DNA from: Prasinococcaceae sp. CCMP 1430
Taxonomy: Eukaryota > Plantae > Prasinodermophyta
Assembly (NCBI GenBank): GCA_013416795.1
Contig: RQSC01000907.1
Span: 69,144-133,143, forward strand
Length of the DNA: 64,000 nucleotides
Direction of reading: 5' to 3'
Shown: one piece after another, positions 62,301 to 64,000 of the stretch
Position numbering within the stretch: position 1 is the first letter of the stretch
How the letters are laid out: each line of letters begins with the position of its first letter
The notes under the pieces: generated by a model
Told to the model about the DNA's origin: nothing
What the model saw: the letters and a program-made list of their open reading frames with translations, nothing else
Database searches by the model: none
Translations under genes and position numbers: made by a program

Positions 62301-63496
62301 AAGGTCACCTGCATCAGCGAGGAGCTAACAAGCTCGTTCTCGAGCTCACTTGGCAGACTGAAGCCTTGTGAAGCAGCGTACGCGCCCTCATTCGTCATGA
62401 AGGACCACGTCTTCGAGAGCATGCTCCTGCGTCTCTGCGACCTCTGGACAATCAGCTCGGAAGCGCGCGAGCCAGGACGCATGCTTTCAGCGCCATCTTC
62501 ACCGTTCTCTGTGCCCACGCTGTGTGGCTGCTGCAGCGCGTGCGAGGAAGGCGACGGCGATGGGGCAGAGGCGGCCTGCTTGGAGGCTCGCCAGGACGCT
62601 ACGGCGCCACCCACCGACGCTATCAGCCCCCGCAGCGCCTCCGCTTGCGTGCCTGCGAGGTGTACGCGCAGCTCCTTCATCGCGCTCTCGACACGAATGT
62701 CGCACTGACCATGTGGCAGCCCATTCACCAAAGGAACGGTGACGAGGACGTTGCCCGAAGGGATACTCAGAATCGGCGAGGCCTTCCCAGCACCGCCCCC
62801 CCCCGTCGAGTCGACAGCCAGCATCACATCTCGCGCCAGGTGCTCTTTTCGCACGATGTCGTCCCCGTTGATTGCGGGTGCGCCACCTTCGTCCACGTTG
62901 AACGCGGCGAATTCGCCGAGACTTAGCGTAGCCACCACGCCGTCGGCCGCTACGAGGCGCACAGTGAGGTTCTGATATCGCACTGTGGCATTGCGAAAGA
63001 TGCGCGAAACCAGCGATATGAGCCATCCCTTTGGTCGCTGCTTCTGCTGCTTCTCCTGTTGCTGCTCCTCGCCGGTGGCATCATGAGGGGCAGCGTCCAC
63101 ATCTTCGGAAGGAATGTGAGGGCTCTGAGCCTCCGGCTCGACATTGCGAGGGGCGTCCGGCTGGACGCCTTCCGCGTCCTCGCGGCTGTTGACGCCATCG
63201 CAGTCGAGTTCAAGAAGCACGTCGCTGAGTGTGACGACCATAGGCGCGCTTTCTAGCCTCCCCCATGGCACACGCACAGCTGTCTCTCGCGCCTTGGCGC
63301 GCGTGACGCGAACAGGGAGCTTCGCGACGACCTCAGCGAGCAGGGCCTCGCCAAGGTTGATCTCGGCGTTGTGCAGCACCACCTCGCCACCTCTGAACGA
63401 CGCGCTGAGTTTCTCGACATCTTCGTCAACGTGCACGAAGCGCGTGAGCAGCGTGCGCGCCAGCAGCGCCACGGCGGGCCCTATTAGCGCGTCCAT
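59326..63496 (-). CDS. Compact VPS13-like bridge lipid-transfer protein (about 1350 aa)
   Basis: Model: exons 63496..60051 and 59932..59326. The N-terminal Chorein motif is LLTRFV...LSASFRGGEVVLHNAEIN. The C-terminal VPS13_C motif is LFLRKIEVSEI...QHYMAGAIMAAPTLLASLNVLGNPARLFS|SMGSGVQDMVTTP, followed by ATG2_C-like glycine-rich amphipathic helices. Confidence 0.8.
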
Positions 63497-63780
63497 CGCC
63501 CGCGATTTCCCCAGGTAGCTCCCGGTACAGCCGCCCCCTTCCCCCCCTCCCCGGGCAGAGCGCGCCCGCCTCCGCCGTCCTCACCGCCCGCAGCGCGCGC
63601 ACGCCGCCATCCGCAGGGTGCCTTGTACTACCCCTGACTCGCCAGCCGCGCCCAACAGCCCCAACCCGCGCCCACCCGCGCCCAACACCTCCGGAGCGGG
63701 GCGCCCGCCCGCCTGGCGCCCGCTGTGTGGCTCGCGCTCGCAGGCGGGGTTTATGAAAACGAATTCGTCGGGTCATCATG

Positions 63781-63897
63781 CTCCGGCGCACGGCGACTGG
63801 GGGCCACACGGCCTCGGTAGAGCGGGCGAGCGCCCAACCGCACTCCGGCGCACGGCGCCTGGGGGCCACACGGCCTCGGTAGAGCGGGCGAGCGCCC
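63781..63897. repeat. Tandem duplication, 62-bp period, 2 copies
   Basis: 63781..63835 and 63843..63897 are identical except for one substitution (cggcgactgg versus cggcgcctgg). Confidence 0.88.
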
Positions 63898-64000
63898 GCC
63901 TGCGGCCGGGCGCACGCGCCGCGCATCGCAAGGACAGGCCACGCCATGCTGTCGCTGCGTGCGCCCTTGGTGCGGCCGCGCGCGCCCGCAGCTCGCGCGC

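Noticed and set aside
1-64000. tRNA or rRNA genes, prokaryotic operon, viral or HGT island
   Set aside because: No cloverleaf with T-loop and D-loop consensus or rRNA signature was seen. The genes have spliceosomal introns and uniform host-like composition.

Overview
This is eukaryotic nuclear DNA: very GC-rich, gene-dense, with short GT-AG introns (GTGCGY/GTGAG donors, CTGAC branch points) and UGUAA-type polyadenylation signals. It is most consistent with a prasinophyte-grade green alga (inference). About 23 protein-coding genes can be supported. In order they are SCAPER, a giant USP deubiquitinase, TAF1, SnRK1 alpha, adenylosuccinate synthetase, a coiled-coil hypothetical, type II isocitrate dehydrogenase, a DHX57/DHX29-like DExH helicase, a UbiE/MenG methyltransferase, MOCS2B, a GT71 mannosyltransferase, an F-box/vWA protein, NOT2, GT61, MYG1, an atypical SDR epimerase, a hypothetical, a DHHC palmitoyltransferase, a HAD-like protein, a Cys-rich plastid protein, a coiled-coil protein, DUF202, DUF2237 and a compact VPS13-like protein. 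The first ~1.35 kb is a jumble of non-LTR retrotransposon fragments (restriction-like endonuclease and RT, CRE-like) joined at one recurring 22-nt terminus, which suggests a self-inserting element cluster. Other oddities are IDH and the helicase overlapping head-to-head with no intergenic space, an NAD-type (Asp-Met) cofactor signature in IDH, a 15-nt microexon, repeated GCCAAG splice acceptors, a 75-bp coding tandem repeat, an F-box/vWA fusion and a ~1350-aa mini-VPS13. All exon models were built by eye and need RNA confirmation. No tRNA, rRNA or CRISPR array was found.
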